Below are positions 39,002-48,125 of a DNA stretch of 64,000 bases, one piece after another. Positions within the stretch are counted from its first letter, which is position 1, and each line of letters begins with the position of its first letter. A program made the position numbers and the translations under genes. Location of the stretch: the sequence record SRR9188677_124; one strand, written 5' to 3'. The notes beneath the pieces are model-generated. The model was not told the origin of the DNA, did no database searches, and saw nothing but the letters and a program-made list of their open reading frames with translations.

Positions 39002-39820
39002 TTAATTGTCGGTAAGTCTTGCAACGATCATACCGGTGTGCTTTGGTACAGAGGCAACATATTCGGCCAGTGGAACATTGGAGATAATTACTTTTTTGCC
39101 GGTCAGAGATGCATGGATCAGATATGCACGACTACCAACCTTAGTTATAACGCCCATGTGGTTCACGTCCAGGCCGTCCACTGAGGAAGTAAATGCAACA
39201 ATATCCCCGTCGTGAAGCATAGGCTCAGCTTTTTGGATTTCCGTTTTAGGAATGTAGGAATGTTCTCTGCTATTGATTTGATTCTCACGTTCTTTAATCT
39301 TTTCCCAAACTGCGCTTTCAGCCAGGGAAGGATACAAATTGGCGTGATTTGTCATAAAATTAATTTCCTTTTTCAATGGTACGCCTCCTACTTTGGCGGT
39401 AATGTCTTCTAACCGGCCCCTTTTCTCATTTTCATACATCCAGTCAAGAATATAATGCAGCCTGGACTCATAGCCGTCTATCACGCCGTCACGGTAGCGA
39501 AGTTTTGTAAGTTCGTTTTTAAATCCGTCATAAGTCGGGTTTTCTGTTTTAGCCACCGCCAGTGCAATGGAACTCTCAACCAGCGTTGTACAGTCCAGCC
39601 CGTCAAATTTACAAACAAGTTTTTCAGTTGGATTTCCTTCCAGCGTGCCGGCTACATACGGTGTCCCCAGAAATGACTCGCTCATTCGTAGCATGGTGGT
39701 ACCCATTTCACCGCTGTCAGGTAGTTCCATCTTTTGGGAAAATACCTTTTGCGGAACGGATTGCGCCATCACGCTTATAGAAACCAGCAGCAAAATATTT
39801 GAGAATAAGATCCTTAACAT
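39002..39820 (-). CDS. DUF1460 / NlpC-P60-like N-acetylmuramoyl-L-alanine amidase-like protein
   Basis: LGTPYVAGTLE, LDCTT (catalytic Cys), RLHY, NHMG and LIHAS motifs; signal peptide. Confidence 0.88.
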   Translation of the reverse strand: MLRILFSNILLLVSISVMAQSVPQKVFSQKMELPDSGEMGTTMLRMSESFLGTPYVAGTLEGNPTEKLVCKFDGLDCTTLVESSIALAVAKTENPTYDGFKNELTKLRYRDGVIDGYESRLHYILDWMYENEKRGRLEDITAKVGGVPLKKEINFMTNHANLYPSLAESAVWEKIKERENQINSREHSYIPKTEIQKAEPMLHDGDIVAFTSSVDGLDVNHMGVITKVGSRAYLIHASLTGKKVIISNVPLAEYVASVPKHTGMIVARLTDN

Positions 39821-39934
39821 AAATCTATTTAAACGGACAGAGTTTTATTATCATAACGAGACATTTGCAAAATGATACTAAAAAAGCATCAATTAAGTAA
39901 ATTTAATAACGAAATACCTAATTGCAATCATAAA

Positions 39935-41923
39935 TTAACGGTTTAAGATGGCCTCAGGCTGATCTTCAGTTATATCCTGACGAGTCTTTACCGGGAAAAA
40001 GAACGAGAATCCATGGTGAAAGAACTGCCACGACAAGTTACCAAGCAAGCTTTTTACCTCACTAAACCGGGCGTTTCGGGATTTCAACGCAAACGCAATA
40101 GAAAGGCCAAAGCTTACGAGCACGTTCATGGCACCAATACTAGCGATCCCAATAATAGAGTTTATCCAAAGATCGGTCGAAATGTGATTTTCAAGACTAG
40201 CAACTGCGATTCCCAGATTTCCTGATGCAAAAGTGATGTGACGAATATCCAATGGTAAGCCAAATGTGAAGCCAACGGCACTCGTCGATCCCAGGAAAAC
40301 GCCAAGAGCGAAATTTCCAGCAATTCCACCAAAATTTCTCTCAAAATATCCCGCAATTCGGTTTAACCTTTCCTGTCCGAAAAGGCGGATCAGATTAGGG
40401 TGATTCATAATGCGCAACGAATATCTGTTATATATCCATTTATTTTCATAATAGCCCGAAATCAAACCAGATAGCATCAAGTAAATACCTGCAAGCGCCG
40501 CATGCGGAAGCGCCAGACTTTCCCATATATTAAGCTCGCCTATCAGTCTGAATGCTTTGGAAGGATCCGCAAGATGGTGGCTGAAAGTATAGAAATACAG
40601 ACGGTCGAGGCCATAAGCGACCGGAAAAGCGGCTGTGGCGTTTCCAACCAATGAAATAAACTGGCTGCGAATTAACCGAATCAATAATTGGGTTGTTTTG
40701 GCAAGCCATTGGGGATTTACACCATTATTACTCAGATTGGCCGCGATCGTTGATGCAGTCATTGCAGGCTGTTTGGTCGCTAGTGTAAACCCCAAAAGGA
40801 GTATGGTGATAAAGCCAATGGAATAATTGAGGCTGTAAAAAAATGCTTCCCAGAAAACAGGCAAGTGCAGAAAATACAATCTGGTTTTGTTACAGCACAG
40901 AAACGCGACGACTATTCCCCCTCCAAGTGCCCTAATAAATAGTCGCCAGTAAGCGGCTTTGTCCGAAGCGATGTAATGTTCCCCCGTTTTTGACGTGTTT
41001 TCAATAACTTTATAAGTCAATAATTGAAGGTTAGTCGAAAAGTGTTTTTTGAGGCTGTACTTAGTATTTTCGGCGTAGACAAATTCCTTCAGAAGATTGG
41101 TAACAATGAGCCATTTTTTACTGGGATCTTTTGTTTCCAGCAGATGTAAAAGTTGAGAAAGCCGACTAAGATACTGTTCCAGCTGCCTCACCAGGTACGT
41201 CAGTTGCAAACTGATCCCAAAAACGTCCTTATGCTTATAAATGTAGCTGATCTGTCGATTACACTGGTTGATCATGACCAGTATGTGCCTGTAATCACTT
41301 TCGCTCACAGTCGCATAGTCGATGGAATTCAACCTTTTTTCCACATAAAATATGACTTCCCGGTTTAATCCCAGGAAAGGCGAGTCAAGATCATCAACCC
41401 GACTTATTTTGGAAACCACTTCCGGTTCAATGCCGAGCGTAGCAGCTCTTTGGGCCAAAATCAGGATCGAATTCAGGACCTCTTTTTCAATATATTTTAC
41501 AACGGTAGGGCTGATTTCAGAGAATAGGCTTTCGAAAAAAGCAACCCAGGCCTCATCGGGAATTGCCTTTACCCAGTGATAATCTTTTTTATGAAAAAAT
41601 AACTGGTCGAACTGCGTCCGGAGTTCTTCTGCCTCATTTACGGGTGGCAGGAATTTAAAGCTGAGCCTTTCCGACACTTCGGAGAAAAAACCTTTATTGG
41701 ATCCAATTTCTGACTCAGTAAATAAGGATACGAATTTCGATGAAAAAAGAATTGATAAGATTTGATCAGCAATGAGATCCTTTTCGCGCCTGTCGAGCAG
41801 TATGCTGCTGAGCACATCCGCAAAAGAATTGGTTTTGCCTGATTTTGAGTGCCAGCGACTACGAATGAGGTCAATGAATTTACCTAGATAATCAATCCGG
41901 TCAGGAAGTATAGCACTATCCAT
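39935..41923 (-). CDS. Gcr-like 'site-specific recombinase' family protein (polytopic membrane protein)
   Basis: TGEHYI, LNY, TLATKQPAMTA, RSQ, GN and LPLDIRHITF motifs. The C-terminal half is hydrophobic. Confidence 0.85.
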   Translation of the reverse strand: MDSAILPDRIDYLGKFIDLIRSRWHSKSGKTNSFADVLSSILLDRREKDLIADQILSILFSSKFVSLFTESEIGSNKGFFSEVSERLSFKFLPPVNEAEELRTQFDQLFFHKKDYHWVKAIPDEAWVAFFESLFSEISPTVVKYIEKEVLNSILILAQRAATLGIEPEVVSKISRVDDLDSPFLGLNREVIFYVEKRLNSIDYATVSESDYRHILVMINQCNRQISYIYKHKDVFGISLQLTYLVRQLEQYLSRLSQLLHLLETKDPSKKWLIVTNLLKEFVYAENTKYSLKKHFSTNLQLLTYKVIENTSKTGEHYIASDKAAYWRLFIRALGGGIVVAFLCCNKTRLYFLHLPVFWEAFFYSLNYSIGFITILLLGFTLATKQPAMTASTIAANLSNNGVNPQWLAKTTQLLIRLIRSQFISLVGNATAAFPVAYGLDRLYFYTFSHHLADPSKAFRLIGELNIWESLALPHAALAGIYLMLSGLISGYYENKWIYNRYSLRIMNHPNLIRLFGQERLNRIAGYFERNFGGIAGNFALGVFLGSTSAVGFTFGLPLDIRHITFASGNLGIAVASLENHISTDLWINSIIGIASIGAMNVLVSFGLSIAFALKSRNARFSEVKSLLGNLSWQFFHHGFSFFFPVKTRQDITEDQPEAILNR

Positions 41924-42208
41924 ATTGTTGAATTAAAGGATCACATTCACACGATGACAATTTGCTCGGCTTGGGAATGATTGGTGAAGCGATTCCTTAT
42001 TTTTGGGAAACTGTTAGGGCAATTATCAAAGCAAAAACAGTATTTAGCAGTCTTGAAACACAAATTTAGGCATTCTTTAACGGGCTCGGAACCTATTGTG
42101 AGTTTTGTTCTACAACCTATTCATATTGTACTATCCGATTTTTTAAAAAGTAAAACCCATCGATCGCATGGGATTGATGGGCTAACTATATGCGGGAAAT
42201 GATAAACT

Positions 42209-43954
42209 TTATTTTTCTACAATTTCATACACGATCACTGATATAGGCGGCAGATCAAGATGTATGCCGCCAGATGTGATTTCTGTGGCTGGTAAGGACG
42301 GCGTAATGGCAAAAGAAGGGAAAACGGGTTTCAATTTATAGTCAATGGTTTTACCAAGTTTGAATGTGCTCGTCCAGGCGTCCTGAGGTATTCTGAGGTA
42401 AGTTTCTATTCTTCTTTCCTTATCAAAATTATAAACGAACAAAAGTTTCTGGCTATCTGTATGACGGACATAGCTATACACTTTTGTTTTGTCATAATTA
42501 TAACTTCGACCGTCAATATTGAAATACTGAAGATCATAAAATTCACCTCCAAAAATCGCTTCGTTATCCGAAACCAGGCGATTCAGGCTTTCATAAAATG
42601 AGCGCAGATTTTTTTGATCTTCATTTAATTTTTCAAGATCAAATTTCCCGTTATTGATCCACTGCTGAAACTCCGGCACACCCCAATAATCAAATATAGT
42701 CGTACGGCCATCGTCTCCCTGAAATCCCTCGGACTGGGTAGGCGTCACACCGATTTCCTGCCCAAAATAGATCATCAGCGGGCCTGTGTGTAGCGTAGCG
42801 CTCAATGTCATCGCCGGAATGGCCGTCCATGGATTGCCTGCAAAATATTTGGAGGCAATGCGCTGTTCGTCATGGTTTTCCAAAAACCTAAGCATCTTTT
42901 CAGCAATATCACCCGATTCCTGCTGCCATATCCTGGTGATGTTTTCAACGGTTCCTCGCCCTTCCATGAGGTCCCGAAGCGTATTGTAGAGCCCTACTTT
43001 GTCATACAGGTAATCGAATTTTCCATGACGGATATAATTGTGATATTCGGCGGGATTGTAAATTTCAGCAATGAATAGTACCTCCGGATTTATCTTTTTG
43101 ATCTCCGGAATCACCCAGCCCCAAAACTCGGATGGTACCATTTCGGCCATATCACATCTAAAGCCATCGACACCTTTTTTCGCCCAAAAACTTAGAATGT
43201 CGTACATCTTTATCCAAGTGGATGGGATTGGATTAAAATAGGTCGTCCGGTTGTTGAGATAATCGACACCATAATTCAGCTTAATCGTTTCGTACCAGTC
43301 ATACTGGCTGGGCTGGGCCTGAAAAACATCATTTCCGGTTGCTTTAGCGGGACGTTCAAGGTATGGTCCGGTAACATCTACCGGCGCTTTGTGTCCTTCC
43401 GGAACAATAAAATCCTGATTTGGAATGTAGTAAAAGTTATTATTTGTGCTAAAAGCAACACTCATGTCGTCGTCTTCACCGAAATCCTTAATTCCCGTCG
43501 ACCTGATAATCGAATGGTACTGGCGTGCAACATGATTCGGAATGAAATCAATAATTACCTTAAGATCGTGCTTATGCGTCCTTTCTACTAATGCTTCAAA
43601 TTCCGACATACGATTTGTAACGTCAACAGCCAAGTCGGGATCCACATCGTAATAGTCCTTCACTGCATACGGCGAACCCGCTTTGCCTTTTACAATTAAA
43701 GGGTGATCGTTCGGAATCCCAAAGCTTGTATAGTCTGTGAGTGTTGCATGTTTCAATATGCCGGTATACCACACGTGAGTAATTCCAAATTCCTTTAATG
43801 CGCCAATCGCTGTATCGGTAACGTCGTTAAACTTCCCGCATCCGTTTTCTTCTATACTTCCAAAAAACTTGTTTGTAGTAGCCTGATTGCCGAATAATCT
43901 GGTGAAAATCTGATAAACTATGAATTTGTCTTTATTGATCACCGTTTGAGTCAT
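42209..43954 (-). CDS. GH13 alpha-amylase family glycoside hydrolase (cytoplasmic)
   Basis: DFIPNH, GFRCDMAE, IAEIY and FLENHDE catalytic regions; no signal peptide. Confidence 0.93.
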   Translation of the reverse strand: MTQTVINKDKFIVYQIFTRLFGNQATTNKFFGSIEENGCGKFNDVTDTAIGALKEFGITHVWYTGILKHATLTDYTSFGIPNDHPLIVKGKAGSPYAVKDYYDVDPDLAVDVTNRMSEFEALVERTHKHDLKVIIDFIPNHVARQYHSIIRSTGIKDFGEDDDMSVAFSTNNNFYYIPNQDFIVPEGHKAPVDVTGPYLERPAKATGNDVFQAQPSQYDWYETIKLNYGVDYLNNRTTYFNPIPSTWIKMYDILSFWAKKGVDGFRCDMAEMVPSEFWGWVIPEIKKINPEVLFIAEIYNPAEYHNYIRHGKFDYLYDKVGLYNTLRDLMEGRGTVENITRIWQQESGDIAEKMLRFLENHDEQRIASKYFAGNPWTAIPAMTLSATLHTGPLMIYFGQEIGVTPTQSEGFQGDDGRTTIFDYWGVPEFQQWINNGKFDLEKLNEDQKNLRSFYESLNRLVSDNEAIFGGEFYDLQYFNIDGRSYNYDKTKVYSYVRHTDSQKLLFVYNFDKERRIETYLRIPQDAWTSTFKLGKTIDYKLKPVFPSFAITPSLPATEITSGGIHLDLPPISVIVYEIVEK

Positions 43955-44171
43955 TTTGTTGATATAGTGCTTATTAAGTAATTATTATAATTTTTTTGGT
44001 AATATAGAACACGTTAAATCTAATTTTCGCCAGTTTCAAATCTTGGCGTAAAATTGGCAAGGTGTTGAAAAGCACACAACTCTTGATTTTACGACTACGC
44101 TCCGGGCTAAGCCCTGTTTCTTTGATTCCTATAATTTTTACTACTTTGCAAGATATTAAATTTGAAACTAT

Positions 44172-44831
44172 ATGCCTGCAATTAAAGCTTGCCTTTTTGA
44201 TCTTGACGGAGTAATTGTTGATACAGCGAAATTTCATTACCTGGCCTGGAGACAACTTGCAAACGATCTTGGATTTGATTTAACAGAAGAAGAAAACGAA
44301 CAATTAAAGGGAATCAGCCGCGTAGAATCTCTGGAAATAATATTAAAAATAGGCGGTGTACAACTGAGTGAAGAGGAGAAATTGAGCCGTGCAGCCGAAA
44401 AGAATGTGCGTTATCTGGAATTGTGTAAGCAAATGACTCCGGACGATACTTTGCCTGGCGTACGCGCATTTTTGGATGAATTGAAAGCAGCATCTATTGG
44501 AATAGGATTAGGGTCGGCCAGTAAAAACGCGAAGGTTATTCTTGAAAGGATTGACATGCTTTCCTATTTTGAAACCATAGTCGACGGCAACCGGGTAACA
44601 AAAGGTAAGCCGGATCCACAAGTCTTTTTAATGGGAGCCCAGGATCTGCAAGTCGAGTCTGAAAACTGTGTTGTTTTTGAAGATGCCGTAGCAGGGATCC
44701 AGTCTGGAAATGCCGCGGGAATGTTTACCGTCGGCATAGGCGAAGTTTCCGTTTTAACCGAGGCGAACATTGTAGTTCCGGGTTTTAAGGATTTTCACTT
44801 TAAAGATCTTCTTGACAAGGTGGGAAATTAA
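44172..44831 (+). CDS. pgmB: beta-phosphoglucomutase
   Basis: HAD motifs FDLDGV, SASKNA, KPDP and FEDA; adjacent to GH65. Confidence 0.93.
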   Translation: MPAIKACLFDLDGVIVDTAKFHYLAWRQLANDLGFDLTEEENEQLKGISRVESLEIILKIGGVQLSEEEKLSRAAEKNVRYLELCKQMTPDDTLPGVRAFLDELKAASIGIGLGSASKNAKVILERIDMLSYFETIVDGNRVTKGKPDPQVFLMGAQDLQVESENCVVFEDAVAGIQSGNAAGMFTVGIGEVSVLTEANIVVPGFKDFHFKDLLDKVGN

Positions 44832-44903
44832 GGTGTTAACAACCCTTTTTGGACAAAAAAATATAATAACATTAATAGAGCCGTCGGCTGATAGCTAGCA
44901 AAA

Positions 44904-47219
44904 ATGAAAAATTACATTACAAACGACGAATGGTGTATTGTCGAAGATGGCTTTCATGCTTCGAATAATGAAATTACTGAAAGTTTGATGAGCCTTGGCA
45001 ATGGCCGCATGGGGCAAAGGGGTAATTTCGAAGAAAGTTACACAGGTAAAACGCTTCAAGGTAATTATGTGGCCGGCGTTTATTTTCCTGATAAAACCCG
45101 GGTAGGATGGTGGAAAAATGGTTACCCCAATTATTTTGCCAAAGTACTGAATGCCTGTAACTGGATAGGGATAGACATCAGGATAGGCGAGGAGGTACTT
45201 GACCTGAATAACTGCCTCGTTGAAGATTTTCGCCGGGTGCTGAATATGAAGGAGGGCGTTCTGGAACGTGTTGCAACGGTAACATTGGCAAGCGGAAAAA
45301 AGCTTAAGATAAACTCAAAGCGGTTCTGCAGTATGACCGACGATCAGGCCGGCGCCATTCGTTACGGAATAACGCCGCTCAATTTCGACGAAACGATCAC
45401 AGTTACGCCTTATCTGGACGGGAATATCCGAAACCGTGATTCTAATTATGATGAAACCTTTTGGAATGAGATACACAAGGAAACCAGTTTTTCGGAAGGA
45501 TATCTGATCCTGGAAACAAAGGCTAATCCCTACGATGTCGAGCAGTTTGAGGTGTCTACGGGAATGGCATTCGACATCCGGATTAATGATCTCAAAACGG
45601 ATTACCAGTCGTTGCCTGTGAGGCGCGAGAAATATGTCGCCGGTACTGTAAATATCCTGGTTGGGGAAGGCAAGGAGTTGGTTATTTATAAATACGGAGT
45701 GAATCTTTCTTCAACCAACTATTCCAGGGAAGAAATACTAGGCGAGACAAAAAAATATCTGGCTGGTATCTACAAAAAGGGCTTTGATCTTTTACTTGAA
45801 GAACATATCCAGGCGTGGGCAGAAAAATGGGAAAAGAACGATATTACCATTGAAGGTGATATGGCCGCGCAGCAGGGAATCCGTTTCAATATTTTTCATT
45901 TGGGACAGACCTACACCGGGGAAGACGAACGACTAAATATTGGTCCCAAAGGATTTACCGGAGAAAAATATGGCGGAAGTACATACTGGGACACAGAAGC
46001 GTACTGCATTCCTTTTTACCTGTCGACGGCTGACCAAAAAGTATCACGAAATCTGTTGGTATACAGGTATAAACATTTGCAAAAAGCCATTGAAAATGCG
46101 GAGAAACTTGGTTTCAAAGACGGGGCAGCGTTGTATCCAATGGTGACCATGAATGGAGAAGAATGCCATAATGAATGGGAAATCACTTTTGAGGAAATTC
46201 ACAGAAACGGCGCCATCGCATTTGCCATTTACGATTACACAAGATATACTGGCGACGAAACGTATCTGTCCCAATTTGGTCTCGAAGTTTTGATAGGGAT
46301 TTCGAGGTTTTGGAAACAAAGAATAAACTGGTCTGCTGAGAAAGGACAGTATGTGATGCTGGGTGTTACCGGACCCAATGAATATGAGAATAACGTCAAC
46401 AACAACTGGTATACCAATTATATCGCCTGTTGGACGCTTCGTTATACGCTTGAAGTGATCGGCAAGTTGTGGACCACTGACACGAGCCGTTTGAACGAAA
46501 TAATTTATCAGACCAATTTCGATTTGAATGGAGAAATGGGTGATTGGAAGCATATTGTAGATAATATGCATTACCCATACGACGAGGCGAGACGGGTTTA
46601 TCTTCAGCAGCAAGGATTTCTGGATAAAGAAATCCTGACGGTAAATGACATCGCAGAACATCGTCCTATTAATCAGAAATGGTCTTGGGACAGGATTTTG
46701 AGATCTTGCTTCATAAAACAAGCCGATGTTTTGCAAGGTATCTATCTTTTTGAGGACGAGTTTCAATTGGACGACATCAAACGAAATTTTGAATTTTATG
46801 AGCCAATGACGGTTCATGAGTCATCGCTTTCCCCTTGTGTACACGCTATTCTCGCCGCAAAAATCGGATTGAAAGAAAAGGCATACGAAATGTACGTAAG
46901 GACAGCCCGCCTTGATCTGGACGATTACAACAACGATACCGAAGATGGACTTCATATCACATCCATGGCAGGAACCTGGATGAGTGTCGTGAAAGGCTTC
47001 GCCGGACAGCGCGTTAAGGATGGATTCTTGCATTTAAACCCTTATGTTCCTGAACAATGGAGTTCTTATTCCTTCAGAATCGGGTTTCAGGGAGCTTTGC
47101 TGAGGATTGAAGTAGGGTTGGATGGAATTATTATCCAAAATTTGTCAGACGAAGATGTTACGATCTATGTTCATGAGGAGCGACTTTTTGTAGCTGGCAA
47201 CGCGACTGTTCAAAAATAA
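44904..47219 (+). CDS. GH65 maltose phosphorylase-like
   Basis: KGFTGEKYGG, YWDTE, EEIHRN, GPNEY, KQAD and HESSLS motifs. Confidence 0.93.
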   Translation: MKNYITNDEWCIVEDGFHASNNEITESLMSLGNGRMGQRGNFEESYTGKTLQGNYVAGVYFPDKTRVGWWKNGYPNYFAKVLNACNWIGIDIRIGEEVLDLNNCLVEDFRRVLNMKEGVLERVATVTLASGKKLKINSKRFCSMTDDQAGAIRYGITPLNFDETITVTPYLDGNIRNRDSNYDETFWNEIHKETSFSEGYLILETKANPYDVEQFEVSTGMAFDIRINDLKTDYQSLPVRREKYVAGTVNILVGEGKELVIYKYGVNLSSTNYSREEILGETKKYLAGIYKKGFDLLLEEHIQAWAEKWEKNDITIEGDMAAQQGIRFNIFHLGQTYTGEDERLNIGPKGFTGEKYGGSTYWDTEAYCIPFYLSTADQKVSRNLLVYRYKHLQKAIENAEKLGFKDGAALYPMVTMNGEECHNEWEITFEEIHRNGAIAFAIYDYTRYTGDETYLSQFGLEVLIGISRFWKQRINWSAEKGQYVMLGVTGPNEYENNVNNNWYTNYIACWTLRYTLEVIGKLWTTDTSRLNEIIYQTNFDLNGEMGDWKHIVDNMHYPYDEARRVYLQQQGFLDKEILTVNDIAEHRPINQKWSWDRILRSCFIKQADVLQGIYLFEDEFQLDDIKRNFEFYEPMTVHESSLSPCVHAILAAKIGLKEKAYEMYVRTARLDLDDYNNDTEDGLHITSMAGTWMSVVKGFAGQRVKDGFLHLNPYVPEQWSSYSFRIGFQGALLRIEVGLDGIIIQNLSDEDVTIYVHEERLFVAGNATVQK

Positions 47220-47262
47220 TATCGAATCACCAAGTCAGTAAGTTACGATCAGTATTCGCTTC

Positions 47263-48015
47263 TTGTTTCACATATTTAGTAACTGTCGCAAATGTTTAGA
47301 TCCTATTTTACTGCCTTGTTTGTTCCTAGTTATTGGAGCGGTAAGCGCTCAATCAGTTAATTCATTGTCTGCACAGGAGAAAAAACAGGGATGGAAACTG
47401 CTTTTTAGTGGAAAAGATCTTACCGGATGGCATGCGTACGGAGGAAAGCAGCCGGGTACTGCATGGAAAATAGAAGACGGCGCTCTCAAACTGGACGTGC
47501 CCGAACGGGCTGGTAACAAGGCAAAGAATGGCGGCGATATTGTAATTGACCAACTAGTTAAAGGCGACTTCGAATTTAAGGCAGATTGGAAGGTTAGCAA
47601 ATTTGCGAATAGTGGCATTTTCTTTTTTGTGAAGGAAGCGGCTCAATACAAAAACATGCACGATACCGGCCTCGAATTGCAGGTAATTGACAACACCATT
47701 TACGAAGGAGCAAAAGAAAATACGCACAGGGCAGGCGATTTTTTCAGCATAGCCAATGCCAGACTCAGGGAAATTAATCCGGTGGGAGAATGGAATCAGG
47801 TTCATTTTGTACTAAGAAAAAATAAACTGACGGTTTCGCTCAACGGCTTTGTCGTGCAGGAACACGATATTACCAGCGAAGACTGGAAAAAGCGTGTGGC
47901 AGCCAGCGCTCTAAAAGATGCACCGCTTGGAAAGGGTATTTATGCAGGTTTAATCGGTCTGCAGGATTGGGGAAGCACAGTTTGGTATCGAAACATCAAA
48001 TTACTCACTTTGTAA
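47263..48015 (+). CDS. DUF1080 (3-keto-glycoside hydrolase family) protein; start uncertain, possible frameshift
   Basis: GWKLLF, NSGIF, ELQVID, GEWN and IGLQDWG...YRNIK motifs. Confidence 0.85.
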   Translation: MFHIFSNCRKCLDPILLPCLFLVIGAVSAQSVNSLSAQEKKQGWKLLFSGKDLTGWHAYGGKQPGTAWKIEDGALKLDVPERAGNKAKNGGDIVIDQLVKGDFEFKADWKVSKFANSGIFFFVKEAAQYKNMHDTGLELQVIDNTIYEGAKENTHRAGDFFSIANARLREINPVGEWNQVHFVLRKNKLTVSLNGFVVQEHDITSEDWKKRVAASALKDAPLGKGIYAGLIGLQDWGSTVWYRNIKLLTL

Positions 48016-48125
48016 TGTTGTAGGTTAAAATTGTGTTTTACCAATAAACATGATCAGCATAACGACGCATATTGACTTTCTGCTTGAATTATGGTAAGTT
48101 GCAGGCTGTGCCACATATTCAACGT

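Noticed and set aside
46044-46817. 257-aa antisense ORF and the many other short overlapping ORFs in the track
   Set aside because: They lie opposite or inside well-supported genes and show no motifs, so I treat them as shadow ORFs.
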